Positions 29,220 to 39,154 of a stretch of 64,000 nt of DNA are shown here, piece after piece. Below the pieces are notes generated by a model. The model made no database searches, was not told where the DNA came from, and was given only the letters and a program-made list of their open reading frames with translations. The DNA is taken from positions 496,001-560,000 of IMG/VR virus record IMGVR_UViG_3300050122_000263. The stretch is one strand, 5' to 3'. The number at the start of each line of letters is the position of its first letter. Position 1 is the first letter of the stretch. Made by a program: the position numbers and the translations under genes.

Positions 29220-29946
29220 AAAATTCTATAGGAGTAATATTTTCGTTAAAAACATCACAGGAGTGATGTTTTGTTTCCCTGAGTTGCGGCGTTGGGTGGA
29301 GTCGATAACGCGGCAGCTCCGCTCCAGAGCTCTCACAGTGATATTCAGAGTATTATCATTATTATAACTTGATGTTTGAATTCTTACAATTACAACAGTC
29401 TGTATAGATATTAGGTTAGCAGTGCTAGAACATGTATAACTTGATATATCCTAAGATATCACACTGGTAACAGCTAGGTTATGGAGCTACTGTTGTAGAC
29501 CGCAGATTCAATAAGACACATTAAACTCAGTTATCTTCTAGAGCATAATGGGAATATATAAGTAATGATATCTCTAATTCCTCATATCAACATTGATAAG
29601 CTAATACATATACAACAGTCTGTATATGTAAGAATTCATTGACTTGGCCTTAATAATAGAGCTACCTTGAATATTATCGCAGGGCATCACTGAGCGAGCT
29701 CAGTGATTGATGCTGGAGTTGTTGGGTTCTAGACCATCTCTCCAGCTGTTCAGCGTTATATCTGCCACAATCTTCTGAGCAGATGGTTAAAGCTTAGGAA
29801 ATGCTAATTCGCAGTATATGAGACTTATTGAAGAAACCTGTTATGTACAGATTTTTTTGAACGATTCAGAGCTAAGAGCCCTGGTTATTAGGGTGTGTTT
29901 GAGAGTTATAGTTGGTCACTGTGACATGTCAGCTGAGCCAGACCGA

Positions 29947-31344
29947 CTATGCCTCTCTAGCTGTAACTGGTAAGATCTTACCACTGAAGGCATCGATGAC
30001 AATCTGAGGCTGTTTGGCACGAGGCTTGGCACCTGGGCGATTGAGCTGACGGTACATCTCACTGCCGAAGTAAAGTAGTTCAACCTCCTGCTGGCTGAAT
30101 TGGTAGGGGTCAGTACCAGCCAGCACTTGATCAAGCAGATTGTCGATCTTGTCAGATGTAAAGCCGCGTTCAAAGAGGAATTTGGCAATCTTGTCCGTCA
30201 TCTGCAAGATGAGAAGCAGCTCAGGCTTAGGCATAGCATTGCCGATCTCACGGGTACCGTCTGATTCAAGCACTCCACTATCCTTATGTTTAGAATCAGA
30301 TGTATTGGAGACACCCAAACCCTCGATGAGATAATTCCTCTGAGAGCGGACACACTGAGCATTTGGCCCGAAGCGTTCAGATATAAACTGAGGGTTCATT
30401 TGAACCAGCTCCCGAACAGAGATATTGCGATAGTCCAAGATCTGGAGAGACTGAGCATCCAACACATTGTTTATGCGTGTATCATTCGGCACGAGGATGG
30501 TCCAGCCTCGCTCCTGTAACTTGGTTACCTGATATCCAAGTCGTTTTGGATCAGCATCAGCTCTGATGAAGGTGATCTTATTGCGAATAGCTCGTAACTG
30601 TGCTTCAATTGAATCCCATTTATGCTTCGCGGGACCTGGTGCTTCATTCAGGGAAAACCAACCTGGCCCACATTCGAGATCAGGGTAGGCCTCAGAGGGG
30701 CCATCGTAGACGAGACGATCGATAGCCAGGCCACTGGTCGGGGGTTCAGAGGCCACATAAACATTGACGACGAATAGAGCAGTGCGGCCAGCTGGACAGG
30801 CATAGAGGAATTGAGCTATGCGAGATGCAAACGGTAATTTCTTGAGCCCAGCCACCATCTGCCCTACCAAGTGGGATAGGGAAACGGCATTGCCACAATA
30901 AGTTTTGATGAACTGTGTAGCTTCAGTGTCATTAGTGAACCAGACGTCCACATCCGAGAACTCAAGTTCTGAAAGAGGGCGATTGTGAATGAGAGCGGGC
31001 ACGATGAAATCCCTCACAACACCCCCAAAGGCATAGCCGTGGTGATCGGCGGCTCCCTTAAGCAGTCGCAGCACATAACCCAGGATCTGATAGTCGAATT
31101 TGTGATCGGTGGATAGCACACCCTTGAATGATCGTTCTTTGGGCGCTAGGGCCTTAACCTGTTTGGCGATTTTGACGGAGAGTCCTTGCAATTGACGTGA
31201 GTAATCTAACTCAGAGCATTGCTTCAATAATGAAGATAATCTGCCAGAGGAAGCTTGCGCCTTTTGGGCAAGTTCCTCCAACTGTGCGATCGATGACGCG
31301 AGGTTATCGGTCGTGCTGATTGTCTTCTCTGAAGTGGACTCCAT
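29947..31344 (-). CDS. Nucleotidyltransferase-fold protein (poly(A) polymerase/CCA head-like)
   Basis: HGYAFGGVVRDF...FSDVDVWF retains the GG and DxD motifs; N-terminal coiled coil. First ATG at 31344. Confidence 0.6.
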   Translation of the reverse strand: MESTSEKTISTTDNLASSIAQLEELAQKAQASSGRLSSLLKQCSELDYSRQLQGLSVKIAKQVKALAPKERSFKGVLSTDHKFDYQILGYVLRLLKGAADHHGYAFGGVVRDFIVPALIHNRPLSELEFSDVDVWFTNDTEATQFIKTYCGNAVSLSHLVGQMVAGLKKLPFASRIAQFLYACPAGRTALFVVNVYVASEPPTSGLAIDRLVYDGPSEAYPDLECGPGWFSLNEAPGPAKHKWDSIEAQLRAIRNKITFIRADADPKRLGYQVTKLQERGWTILVPNDTRINNVLDAQSLQILDYRNISVRELVQMNPQFISERFGPNAQCVRSQRNYLIEGLGVSNTSDSKHKDSGVLESDGTREIGNAMPKPELLLILQMTDKIAKFLFERGFTSDKIDNLLDQVLAGTDPYQFSQQEVELLYFGSEMYRQLNRPGAKPRAKQPQIVIDAFSGKILPVTAREA

Positions 31345-31514
31345 GTTCTTGCTTTGGATCTCCCCAATAATTACATCCAAGAAATCAATTTCAGCGCTAG
31401 AGGGCTGAGAACAACTTCTTCATTATCTCAGCCTTTGTTAAGGCTAATCATCCAGAAACTTAACTTAAAACATCTATAATCTCATGATAGATATTCTTAT
31501 CTCACAGTGTGTAA

Positions 31515-32096
31515 CTAGGAACCACAACACACATTCTCCAGCAGATTGAAGCGGCACCCAAACTCCTGGAAGAATGCGGCTAAGTAGCCCGGCTCTTTAC
31601 GGTAGAAGTGGAATTTTGTTCTGGTTTCATCCTCCAACTCAAGTTCATCCATATGGGTTAAGTATCCAGTGACTGTGGTCCAAAATGCTGGAAAATTCTT
31701 GCAGCTCTGTTGAGGCTGGCGGCCAAAGTCAATAGCAAAGAAACCAGCACCGAAGCTAATAGCGATATCAGTCCAAGGCTGCTCCTCCACAATCATAGTG
31801 ACATCAGCTGTCCAACCTTTCATAATCAACCACTCGATTTGCGTCAGAGACAACTTCCTCAGGGCTACAGGCGTTAGGAAGAGAGCGCCAGATTCTGTGA
31901 TCTCAAGACCTCCCTCAAATAGAGGCATCACTTTGCAAACATTAATCTCCGTGACGGTAGATGCAATTTCACCATCTGTTTCTGGAAAGACTTTGTGTGT
32001 AACACTGATGTCATTAGTTCGATGACGCCACTTGACATCAGCCCTTAACTCTTTGCGTCTTAATTCATAATCTTCGCTCTCCTCAGTATCCTCCAT
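31515..32096 (-). CDS. Hypothetical protein
   Basis: 193 aa ORF with AAAGATG start. Confidence 0.7.
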   Translation of the reverse strand: MEDTEESEDYELRRKELRADVKWRHRTNDISVTHKVFPETDGEIASTVTEINVCKVMPLFEGGLEITESGALFLTPVALRKLSLTQIEWLIMKGWTADVTMIVEEQPWTDIAISFGAGFFAIDFGRQPQQSCKNFPAFWTTVTGYLTHMDELELEDETRTKFHFYRKEPGYLAAFFQEFGCRFNLLENVCCGS

Positions 32097-32154
32097 CTTT
32101 GTTATAGCGATGAGAATTTTAAATTAGTCTGCTCCGTTTGAGCTCTCTTTACAG

Positions 32155-32700
32155 TTAGTAGAAGATCAAACTCAGGTCGTAGTGATCATCTCCATGGTAG
32201 GTGATCTGCTCAAAATTGAGGTCTGCTTCCATCAGGTCAGCCCAGAGCACTTCTCGCTTCTCTTCCAAGTTCCTCCTTAATCTATCTACAACATCTTCAT
32301 CGGGCCAATCACAGTTAGCTAGAACTTTCAGATCATCCGCTGTTAGGGCTGAGCAGTAGAATTTGTTGATTGTAGTGAATATATCGAGAGGAGTCACTCC
32401 AGAGGGGTTCTCTATGGTGATGGCTCTAGTCTCTGACATATTGGAGGAGACAGGACAGTTCACTACAAACTTAGTACGGATGGAATTGTTGAAAAGCATA
32501 GCTCGTTGTAGCGGCTCTAGATCAGCCGGTACAAGTTGGCCATCGAAAGGAGTCATAACCACACTATCCCTGTTGCCAAACCTAAAGCGCAGAGGATGGA
32601 AATCCTGAAGAGTGTATGCTCTAGTTGGCCCGGCTTCGACTGGTTGATCTGGTCGGATGATTGCTTGACACTGTTCCACAACGACCAAAAACTTCTGCAT
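32155..32700 (-). CDS. Paralog family D (DUF6699-like) member 1
   Basis: ITIENPSGVTPLDIFTTINKFYCSALT...LWADLM; tandem paralog of 32732-33358. Confidence 0.65.
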   Translation of the reverse strand: MQKFLVVVEQCQAIIRPDQPVEAGPTRAYTLQDFHPLRFRFGNRDSVVMTPFDGQLVPADLEPLQRAMLFNNSIRTKFVVNCPVSSNMSETRAITIENPSGVTPLDIFTTINKFYCSALTADDLKVLANCDWPDEDVVDRLRRNLEEKREVLWADLMEADLNFEQITYHGDDHYDLSLIFY

Positions 32701-32731
32701 TTTATGGTTGAAGTGCCTTATTGGGAAGTTT

Positions 32732-33358
32732 TTAACGAGGCTGTGGTAGGCAATGCAGCCGATTCATTAGTCTTAACAGGAAGCATTGTCCGTTGCAATA
32801 GTAAATATTATCGTAATAGAGACAATCTCCCATTAAATCGGCCCAGACAGCTGTTCCTCTCTCCGCTAGCGTGCTGGCTTTCTCCACGTGAAGTTGGTAT
32901 TCCTCCCTATAATCTTCATCACCTTCCTCTACGCCCTCATCCTGTTCGTCAAATGCTTTAACTCCTTCCTCCGTCAAAGGTGAAAGATAAAACTCGTTAA
33001 CAGCGGTGAGAATGTCCATCGGAGTGACGCCTCTTGCATTCTCCACTTCTATCGTAAAGGTGGGTATTTGCTCATTGAAGGGAGCGATAGGACATTCCAC
33101 TGTAATCTTGGTATTGTCGAAGGAGTGACACCAAGGATATACCATTTTTCTAAAGTCAATGGGGAGATGTAAATTTTCATCGTCGTCCTGTCCGAGATGT
33201 GCCAGTTTATAGTCAACGATTTTGTGGATTAAATTATCTTTAGTGCCGAACTTAAAACAGAGCTTATTAAGCTGTAACTGCGAATATTTCTTCTCTTCTT
33301 GCTTTTGCTCTAAGAGTTCAGGCTCTACAACCTGAATTTCAACCGGCTGATCTTCCAT
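32732..33358 (-). CDS. Paralog family D (DUF6699-like) member 2
   Basis: IEVENARGVTPMDILTAVNEFYLSPLT...VWADLMGD. Confidence 0.65.
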   Translation of the reverse strand: MEDQPVEIQVVEPELLEQKQEEKKYSQLQLNKLCFKFGTKDNLIHKIVDYKLAHLGQDDDENLHLPIDFRKMVYPWCHSFDNTKITVECPIAPFNEQIPTFTIEVENARGVTPMDILTAVNEFYLSPLTEEGVKAFDEQDEGVEEGDEDYREEYQLHVEKASTLAERGTAVWADLMGDCLYYDNIYYCNGQCFLLRLMNRLHCLPQPR

Positions 33359-33444
33359 CTTTTCGCATGATTAAGACTCAGCGATCTAAAACTCAGATTT
33401 GTATTTTGAGTTTCTACATCATATTAATTTATTGCTCTGAAAGG

Positions 33445-33849
33445 ATGGAAGCTCTCATTCTGCAACATGTTACTCAGTTGCTTGACAAGAAGACCAGGAA
33501 ATATATGCGTCATATGGCTCAGCTACAAACTAGAAAGGCTATAGTTGAGGGTACTAGGCAGGCCAAAATGACACTGACTACTACCCTCAATGGCTCAGGG
33601 CACTCTATTAATGTAGTGGCTCATCTCACAGAAGATGGTGATCTCTACATTTATTATAGTAAGAACCTCAATAAGCTGAAAGTGTTTCGCAGGAAGAATG
33701 TGGAGAAGATCTGGCTTACAACTGATGGCATTCGGGGGATGTATAAGGATCATTGGTGCTTCTCTCTTGCCCTAAATAATAGCGGATCTGGCGGGCAACT
33801 TATCTTCACCATGCTCAGAAAGATGAGCAGTCTTTCTGATGAAAATTAG
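33445..33849 (+). CDS. Hypothetical protein
   Basis: Likely start MEALILQH at 33445 (AAGGATG context). Confidence 0.6.
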   Translation: MEALILQHVTQLLDKKTRKYMRHMAQLQTRKAIVEGTRQAKMTLTTTLNGSGHSINVVAHLTEDGDLYIYYSKNLNKLKVFRRKNVEKIWLTTDGIRGMYKDHWCFSLALNNSGSGGQLIFTMLRKMSSLSDEN

Positions 33850-33992
33850 GATTATGAAATAACTGTGATCTATCTGCAACATTTTGCCCCATAAACTGAG
33901 ACAAATATCTATGATGTGTGGGAAAATGAATGATTTGTGTTCTTTCAAAACATGAGAAAGAAAGGGCTTTACCTAACAACAATACTTACACG

Positions 33993-34304
33993 ATGACAAC
34001 TTGGGCAGAGAGCGTAGCTGAGATGAAGAGTCTTGAAGATAACTGGTTAGATGGTTCAGGCCACAAGCCAAGCGAGAAAGCTCTGGCTAAATTGGAGCTC
34101 ATGTCTCAGGAACTGCAACGTTTTGAGGTACCCATTCTCTTCCCAATGGATGACGGTGGTGTGGAAGTAACATGGCCACACAAGCTGTATCTGTTTGTTG
34201 ATGCAGTTGGCAATGTGAATCACTGGGACGCCGACAAAGAGAAGTTCCTGCAAGTGGAGACAATCCCGACAGATGCTCTCAACCCGAAAGATTCCGGTCA
34301 TTGA
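33993..34304 (+). CDS. Hypothetical protein of a bacterial-type family (L..NW.G.G..P...P..DGGV..TW)
   Basis: KSLEDNWLDGSGHKPSEKAL...PILFPMDDGGVEVTW. Confidence 0.6.
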   Translation: MTTWAESVAEMKSLEDNWLDGSGHKPSEKALAKLELMSQELQRFEVPILFPMDDGGVEVTWPHKLYLFVDAVGNVNHWDADKEKFLQVETIPTDALNPKDSGH

Positions 34305-34356
34305 GGCGGAGACTGGAGTGTATAGAATATAATAAAAAATCTGTACTATACAGATT

Positions 34357-35865
34357 TTACTTGAAGTGATAGAGCTGAGGTGGTATAAATTTCCCTGCAG
34401 GAGAGGGTTGTACTTGTTCGAGCCTGTAGGCTGGCTTATTTCTAGAAGGAGAACGGGCTGTCATCACCATCTGTGGTATGAACCTTCTGCTTGGATCAGT
34501 GGCTGGTTGAGGTGTGGGTTGAAATGTGGGCTGAACAGGCTGAACAGGCTGAACAGGCTGAGTGACTGGTAAGACAGGGGGTTGAAGAGGACGGACTATA
34601 GGTGAAGGTATCAGCATAGGAGTGAAGGGTTGAAGAGGACGGATCATAGGTGAAGGCGTAGGCAAAGGCATTATCATAGGAGTGAAGGGCTGAAGAGGAC
34701 GGACTATAGGTGTAGGTGAAGGTATCAGTGCCGGAGTGAAGGGTTGAATTGGAGGTGTTTGAGGTGCAGGAGGTAAGATGGGATCCCCATAAGCCCCAAG
34801 TAGGGTTAACCCAGTGGGGTAAGTGGTAAACATTTGCGAGAGCTGTTTAACCACAGGGACATCAGCCACATACTGGAAAGTGTATTCCGCAGGTGGCCGG
34901 AGAAGATAGTCGAGACTTTGTTGGAAAAGTTGACCTATCAACTCATTAGGGCTAGCCCATTCACTAAGCACAGATATTAGACCATTTGCGGTGCTTTCTA
35001 GATATCCGGGAACATCCATAACAAAGCCCGGGTTACGGCGAATGGGGCGAACATCCTCATAATCAATCCAGGCCGCTCTCATTCCCAGAGTTGGCACATA
35101 GTAGCTCACACCAAGAATTTGGTAAGCAAAGAATCCATTGGAGTCAATCGGGAAGATAACTGCATTTTCCGACTTGGGATCGAGATGCTCATAATCAACC
35201 CCAAGCAATGCATCCTGCCCTTGCCAAAGTTGAAGGAACAAGGTTAGCTCCTGCTGAACGGTAGTTTGTGTAGCTTGCAGCCAAGTTCGAACATTTGATC
35301 CACCCTTCTCAGATAGAACATAAGTGTAACCAGCTATTTCATGGAAAATCTGTTCTTCAATCGCCTGGTCGGGGAGCGGTGCACCAAATTGCATCGATTG
35401 TTCTCGGATCTGTCGATAATAGTCCTTCTGACCCTGTCGCCACTGTTCGCGAGGTGGCACGAATCGCTCAGGCCGATCCAAAGGGCAATGCAACACTGCA
35501 TAAACATAAGTTAAATGTGCTGTCTTGTTAGTTTCAATTAACTTGTTGATCGTGGCGTAAAGATTGTCGAGATCACTGTAACGGCCACTTTGTTCCAAAT
35601 GAAGCTCGCGGTCAACACGCTTCACAGCATAACCATATTGACAGATTTCGTCTTCACAAGCGGCAAACACTGTTGCATAGCCTCCTTCACCTAACTTACG
35701 AACCTCCGGGTTAGCAAAGATGATTGAAGCAGGGAAATCTCGAGCTGTTGCATTACAAGTTAACCCTTGTAGACGGCTCTTAACATAATTAATCTTTTCC
35801 TCTTCTCCACGCAACCAAACCCCTGAGACTGGGGTAGTTTGCACAGTAAGTGGTCCGCCTTCCAT
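34357..35865 (-). CDS. Ser/Thr protein kinase-like protein with Pro/Gln-rich repetitive tail
   Basis: LGEGGYATVF, YAVKRV, HLDPKSEN, WIDYE. Confidence 0.85.
   Translation of the reverse strand: MEGGPLTVQTTPVSGVWLRGEEEKINYVKSRLQGLTCNATARDFPASIIFANPEVRKLGEGGYATVFAACEDEICQYGYAVKRVDRELHLEQSGRYSDLDNLYATINKLIETNKTAHLTYVYAVLHCPLDRPERFVPPREQWRQGQKDYYRQIREQSMQFGAPLPDQAIEEQIFHEIAGYTYVLSEKGGSNVRTWLQATQTTVQQELTLFLQLWQGQDALLGVDYEHLDPKSENAVIFPIDSNGFFAYQILGVSYYVPTLGMRAAWIDYEDVRPIRRNPGFVMDVPGYLESTANGLISVLSEWASPNELIGQLFQQSLDYLLRPPAEYTFQYVADVPVVKQLSQMFTTYPTGLTLLGAYGDPILPPAPQTPPIQPFTPALIPSPTPIVRPLQPFTPMIMPLPTPSPMIRPLQPFTPMLIPSPIVRPLQPPVLPVTQPVQPVQPVQPTFQPTPQPATDPSRRFIPQMVMTARSPSRNKPAYRLEQVQPSPAGKFIPPQLYHFK
34527..34748. 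repeat. Coding tandem repeats in the kinase tail
   Basis: Imperfect 48-60 bp units (GGGTTGAAGAGGACGGACTATAGG..., encoding RPLQPFTP) plus CTGAACAGG x3 (QPV). Confidence 0.85.
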
Positions 35866-36025
35866 TTACCCTTGGCTAATAATTTTTAAGTTTCTCAATT
35901 GATAACCTAATATATCGAAGGAAGATCTGATTATCTTCTCTAATATTATGGGTTAAATTAAGGCTTCCAATAAATTTCTACTCTAAACTGAAATCCTGAA
36001 AGTTCTTCTTTTATCCAGCTCAAAG

Positions 36026-37132
36026 ATGGAGTGTAATCCAGAACAAACAGATGTTATTGTGTCTGAACAGACCACTGAGACAGTTTTACAGGTCACAGAT
36101 ATAGAGCAGTTTAAGCAAACTCAGAAACAGCTGGACGAATTGGGGAAATCTTCAATTATTGTCGAAGTTAAGTTGAAGGCACCCTGGAGAGAGTTTATTA
36201 AGGCCGGGTTTCTTCCACTAATCGGTCACGGGGAATTCACTGAATGTAGCGGTATGGCTCTACAAGCTTGCAATGTTGGATTAACTGCAAGAATGGCTCT
36301 AGGGTATTTGCTATCTGGCTATACTGAACCGGAAATGGATTTCTACATCGGAGATCATTGGCGTGAAGTGGCTGATTTCCAACAATGGGGTCGCTGGCAG
36401 TTCTGCGCGCTAGAAAGCTGGTATGCCCAAGCTATGACCGATTGCCAATCCCTCCCAATCATTCTGTATGGAAGGGCTGGGGATCTCTACACTAAATCTC
36501 AGCGGCCTCGTACTGATATGTCTCTCTTTCTACCATTGACCCTTTCTACACCCCCCTCTTACAAGCAGGAGGAAGATTGGCAGTTAGTTCCAGTCACTCG
36601 TTACGCTTCAGGAATGAGTAGAGGCCTCTTCCATGAGGAAGACAATACTAGGCAATTTGGTACTTATTACTACAAAGAAGAGGAATCAACTATCTTCTTG
36701 CGCTATAAGCGAGCTCTGATTGCCAAGAACAAATATGAAGCAGCTAAACAACTGGGCGTAGAAGCAGAGAGGTATTTGAACGGAGAGAAAACAGCCAAAG
36801 CTTGGTATCGAGGAGAAATTCCAACACCAGCCGATCTAATGATGACTCCGATAGAGATGTATGATTGCACTCTAACACAAGACAGGGATATCCTAGGAAA
36901 CTGTAACGAGCTCTGCAAGCAAATTTCCCAAGATAAGCGATATGCTGGTCTCTTCTTGGGTCTCTATGCTGCGGAGGATGATCTGGATGGAATTTTGTAT
37001 GATCGGGCTAAGAAGGCCGGTTACGATATAGTCATATTCTCAGCAATTGGCTCTCATCAAGTTGTTGAGGAAGTATTGGATGTACGACCTCGAGCAGAAT
37101 CCTTCTCTCATCTAGTCAGATGCTCAGAATAA
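36026..37132 (+). CDS. Paralog family A member 2 (putative ART-like)
   Basis: VPVTRYASGMSRGL...FGTYYYKEEES...GYDIVIFSAIGSHQVVEEVLDVR. Confidence 0.8.
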   Translation: MECNPEQTDVIVSEQTTETVLQVTDIEQFKQTQKQLDELGKSSIIVEVKLKAPWREFIKAGFLPLIGHGEFTECSGMALQACNVGLTARMALGYLLSGYTEPEMDFYIGDHWREVADFQQWGRWQFCALESWYAQAMTDCQSLPIILYGRAGDLYTKSQRPRTDMSLFLPLTLSTPPSYKQEEDWQLVPVTRYASGMSRGLFHEEDNTRQFGTYYYKEEESTIFLRYKRALIAKNKYEAAKQLGVEAERYLNGEKTAKAWYRGEIPTPADLMMTPIEMYDCTLTQDRDILGNCNELCKQISQDKRYAGLFLGLYAAEDDLDGILYDRAKKAGYDIVIFSAIGSHQVVEEVLDVRPRAESFSHLVRCSE

Positions 37133-37191
37133 ACGCCTAAGTGAGTAAAAAACTATTATCTCTAGGCAGAGATAATCGGTCCTTGTAAAGA

Positions 37192-37896
37192 ATGGAAGAT
37201 GCTGCTCGCAACCTTTCACAAGCCCCTCTATCTCCAGAGTGTCAGAAACAGCTGTGGGCCAGTGTCACTAATTTCTTACAATTACAAGCAGCCGCTGCCC
37301 TCAATATTCAGGGCAATGCCATATCTGGTCCTATCTATGGTAGTCGTTTGAATGAGGAATCTGAAATTATTCTAACTCAGCTAACCAAGCTTAATCTCTA
37401 TGGCTGCTTCACAACAGATTCTCAGCCATATCAGCGTTTCACTCTCTTTGAGGATCAGAACCAAGATGTCATTCAGCGTCCTTTTCTCATGTTCTGGACT
37501 AGAACTGCCTTAGCAGCCTCCTTTCTAGGTCGATTCCTTCAACTTCATCCCCAGGCTTTGATTAGTGTGACTCATAACGGGCAGATGGTGCCTGAGACAT
37601 ATGGAGTCAACAATTTCACTTTTGCTCAACATACTAACCCAACTACCAATGAGACAAATTATCTTGTTGCAGCTCACATGGTACGCCCGGTTAACGATCC
37701 TAATGCAGCTTGGCAAGAGAACTACAACACCACCTTCACACTCCATCAAAACATCTATGATGTTGAGAGGGCTAGCGTACAGAGTGTTGAGCCCGTCTCA
37801 CTCTTCATTGTGCTCAGCGCTGAGCAGTCCAACAGACTATTTGATGACTGCCTCAGGTCTATTATCTATGCAATTGGAGTGGAAGAAGGTGTATAA
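37192..37896 (+). CDS. Stand-alone MTHFR C-terminal (SAM-binding regulatory)/DUF6919-like domain, copy 1
   Basis: RLNEESEIILTQLTKLNLYGCFTTDSQPY...VIQRPFLMFW. Confidence 0.65.
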   Translation: MEDAARNLSQAPLSPECQKQLWASVTNFLQLQAAAALNIQGNAISGPIYGSRLNEESEIILTQLTKLNLYGCFTTDSQPYQRFTLFEDQNQDVIQRPFLMFWTRTALAASFLGRFLQLHPQALISVTHNGQMVPETYGVNNFTFAQHTNPTTNETNYLVAAHMVRPVNDPNAAWQENYNTTFTLHQNIYDVERASVQSVEPVSLFIVLSAEQSNRLFDDCLRSIIYAIGVEEGV

Positions 37897-37984
37897 CCTG
37901 AATTTAGGACTTATCTCCCAAGATAAATCTGGAGGAAATTATAAACTGTTTCACTTAAAAAGGTCATTTAATTGGTCAAACAAG

Positions 37985-39007
37985 ATGGCGAACAAGGAAC
38001 TGGCTTCTCTTATCACTGTGTTGAGCGAAGTGGCTGAAACTTATTCTAAGCAAGTGATTGAAACTGTGAAGGTTAATATTGATTGCATTAACAAGATCCG
38101 ATCGGCCATCTCAGTACTTGAGAAGCTTACCATTCCTGCCTCGGAAACCGGAACTCCGAAGCTAGAGCAGGCTGTGAAAGATGTTGAGCAGCCTCAGCCT
38201 CAACAGACCGAAGTTTGTGAAATTAAAGCAGAAGTTAAGGAATCACTGACAATCACCCCATCTACTACCCCAAGTCCTGTCATTGCTGTTGAAACTGTCG
38301 TGCCTGAAACTATCCCCGCTCATCCACCCTCTCCCGTCTGCAGTAGATATCACCAGTCTGATTTCGAGCGCTTCCTGCGCCAGCACGATCTACCTTCTAA
38401 ATTCATGGAGCAGTTCCTCAAAGCTGTCTGTGAGCATAAGGGCAAGCTGTACGGCAGCTACCTCATGCGGGCTATGATGCTGGTTACCATGCAACAGGCC
38501 CACAAGCCTAATTGGCTGGTTGATCCCCACACTGTTCGCTTCTGGTTCACCAGTGAAGAGGATAAAGCGGCAGCTTTCAAGGTTCTGTCGTGCGGACAAG
38601 ATTACCGTCTCCTTAAGAACATAGGAGACGCTGACAAGTATAACTTACACTTCATCAGTCGCAAGGGAGGTTTTAAGCTGCTGCCACTCACTGTCTATCT
38701 GGTGGTCTCTCCTGTCTTCCCGGAAAAGACCTTCCTACAAGCCATGGTGGTTTATGATTTCAAAGGTAGCATGGGATCCTACCCTCCCTTGGCTCCAGTT
38801 CTCAGAGATCTCATATTCCGCTTCAATGCGGGAGCTGGCTACATGAAACATGCTGAATTCATGCGCGCTCGTTGCAACTACAACGAGCGAGAAATCAAGG
38901 CTGCCCGGGATAGCGAACAGGAACAACTCACTCACGGCTTCGTCGTAGATCGCACCTTTATTGTGCGAGATGATGGCACTCTCACTACATTTGAGCCTCC
39001 CAAATAA
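37985..39007 (+). CDS. Degenerate NTase-fold paralog of 29947-31344
   Basis: Start at AAGATG 37985; the ORF-track extension overlaps the upstream gene. Coiled coil, then KGKLYGSYLMR...HTVRFWFTS without the catalytic Asp pair. Confidence 0.6.
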   Translation: MANKELASLITVLSEVAETYSKQVIETVKVNIDCINKIRSAISVLEKLTIPASETGTPKLEQAVKDVEQPQPQQTEVCEIKAEVKESLTITPSTTPSPVIAVETVVPETIPAHPPSPVCSRYHQSDFERFLRQHDLPSKFMEQFLKAVCEHKGKLYGSYLMRAMMLVTMQQAHKPNWLVDPHTVRFWFTSEEDKAAAFKVLSCGQDYRLLKNIGDADKYNLHFISRKGGFKLLPLTVYLVVSPVFPEKTFLQAMVVYDFKGSMGSYPPLAPVLRDLIFRFNAGAGYMKHAEFMRARCNYNEREIKAARDSEQEQLTHGFVVDRTFIVRDDGTLTTFEPPK

Positions 39008-39031
39008 TGACCGTTAACTAACACAAGTAAA

Positions 39032-39056
39032 TTAAAAACTCATAACTTATGAGTTT
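39032..39056 (+). terminator. 3' hairpin
   Basis: TTAA then AAACTCATAA-c-TTATGAGTTT. Confidence 0.65.
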
Positions 39057-39154
39057 CGACATAGATCGAGGTAAATAATGCTGAACTTGGCAGAGATAAT
39101 TGATAATCTGATTTGACAGCATTTCAGTGTTTTGCATGAAAGCTAACAGGAAAC

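Noticed and set aside
37601-37984. N-terminal 128 aa of the 468-aa ORF in the track
   Set aside because: Overlaps 37192-37896 in another frame; the real start is probably AAGATG at 37985.
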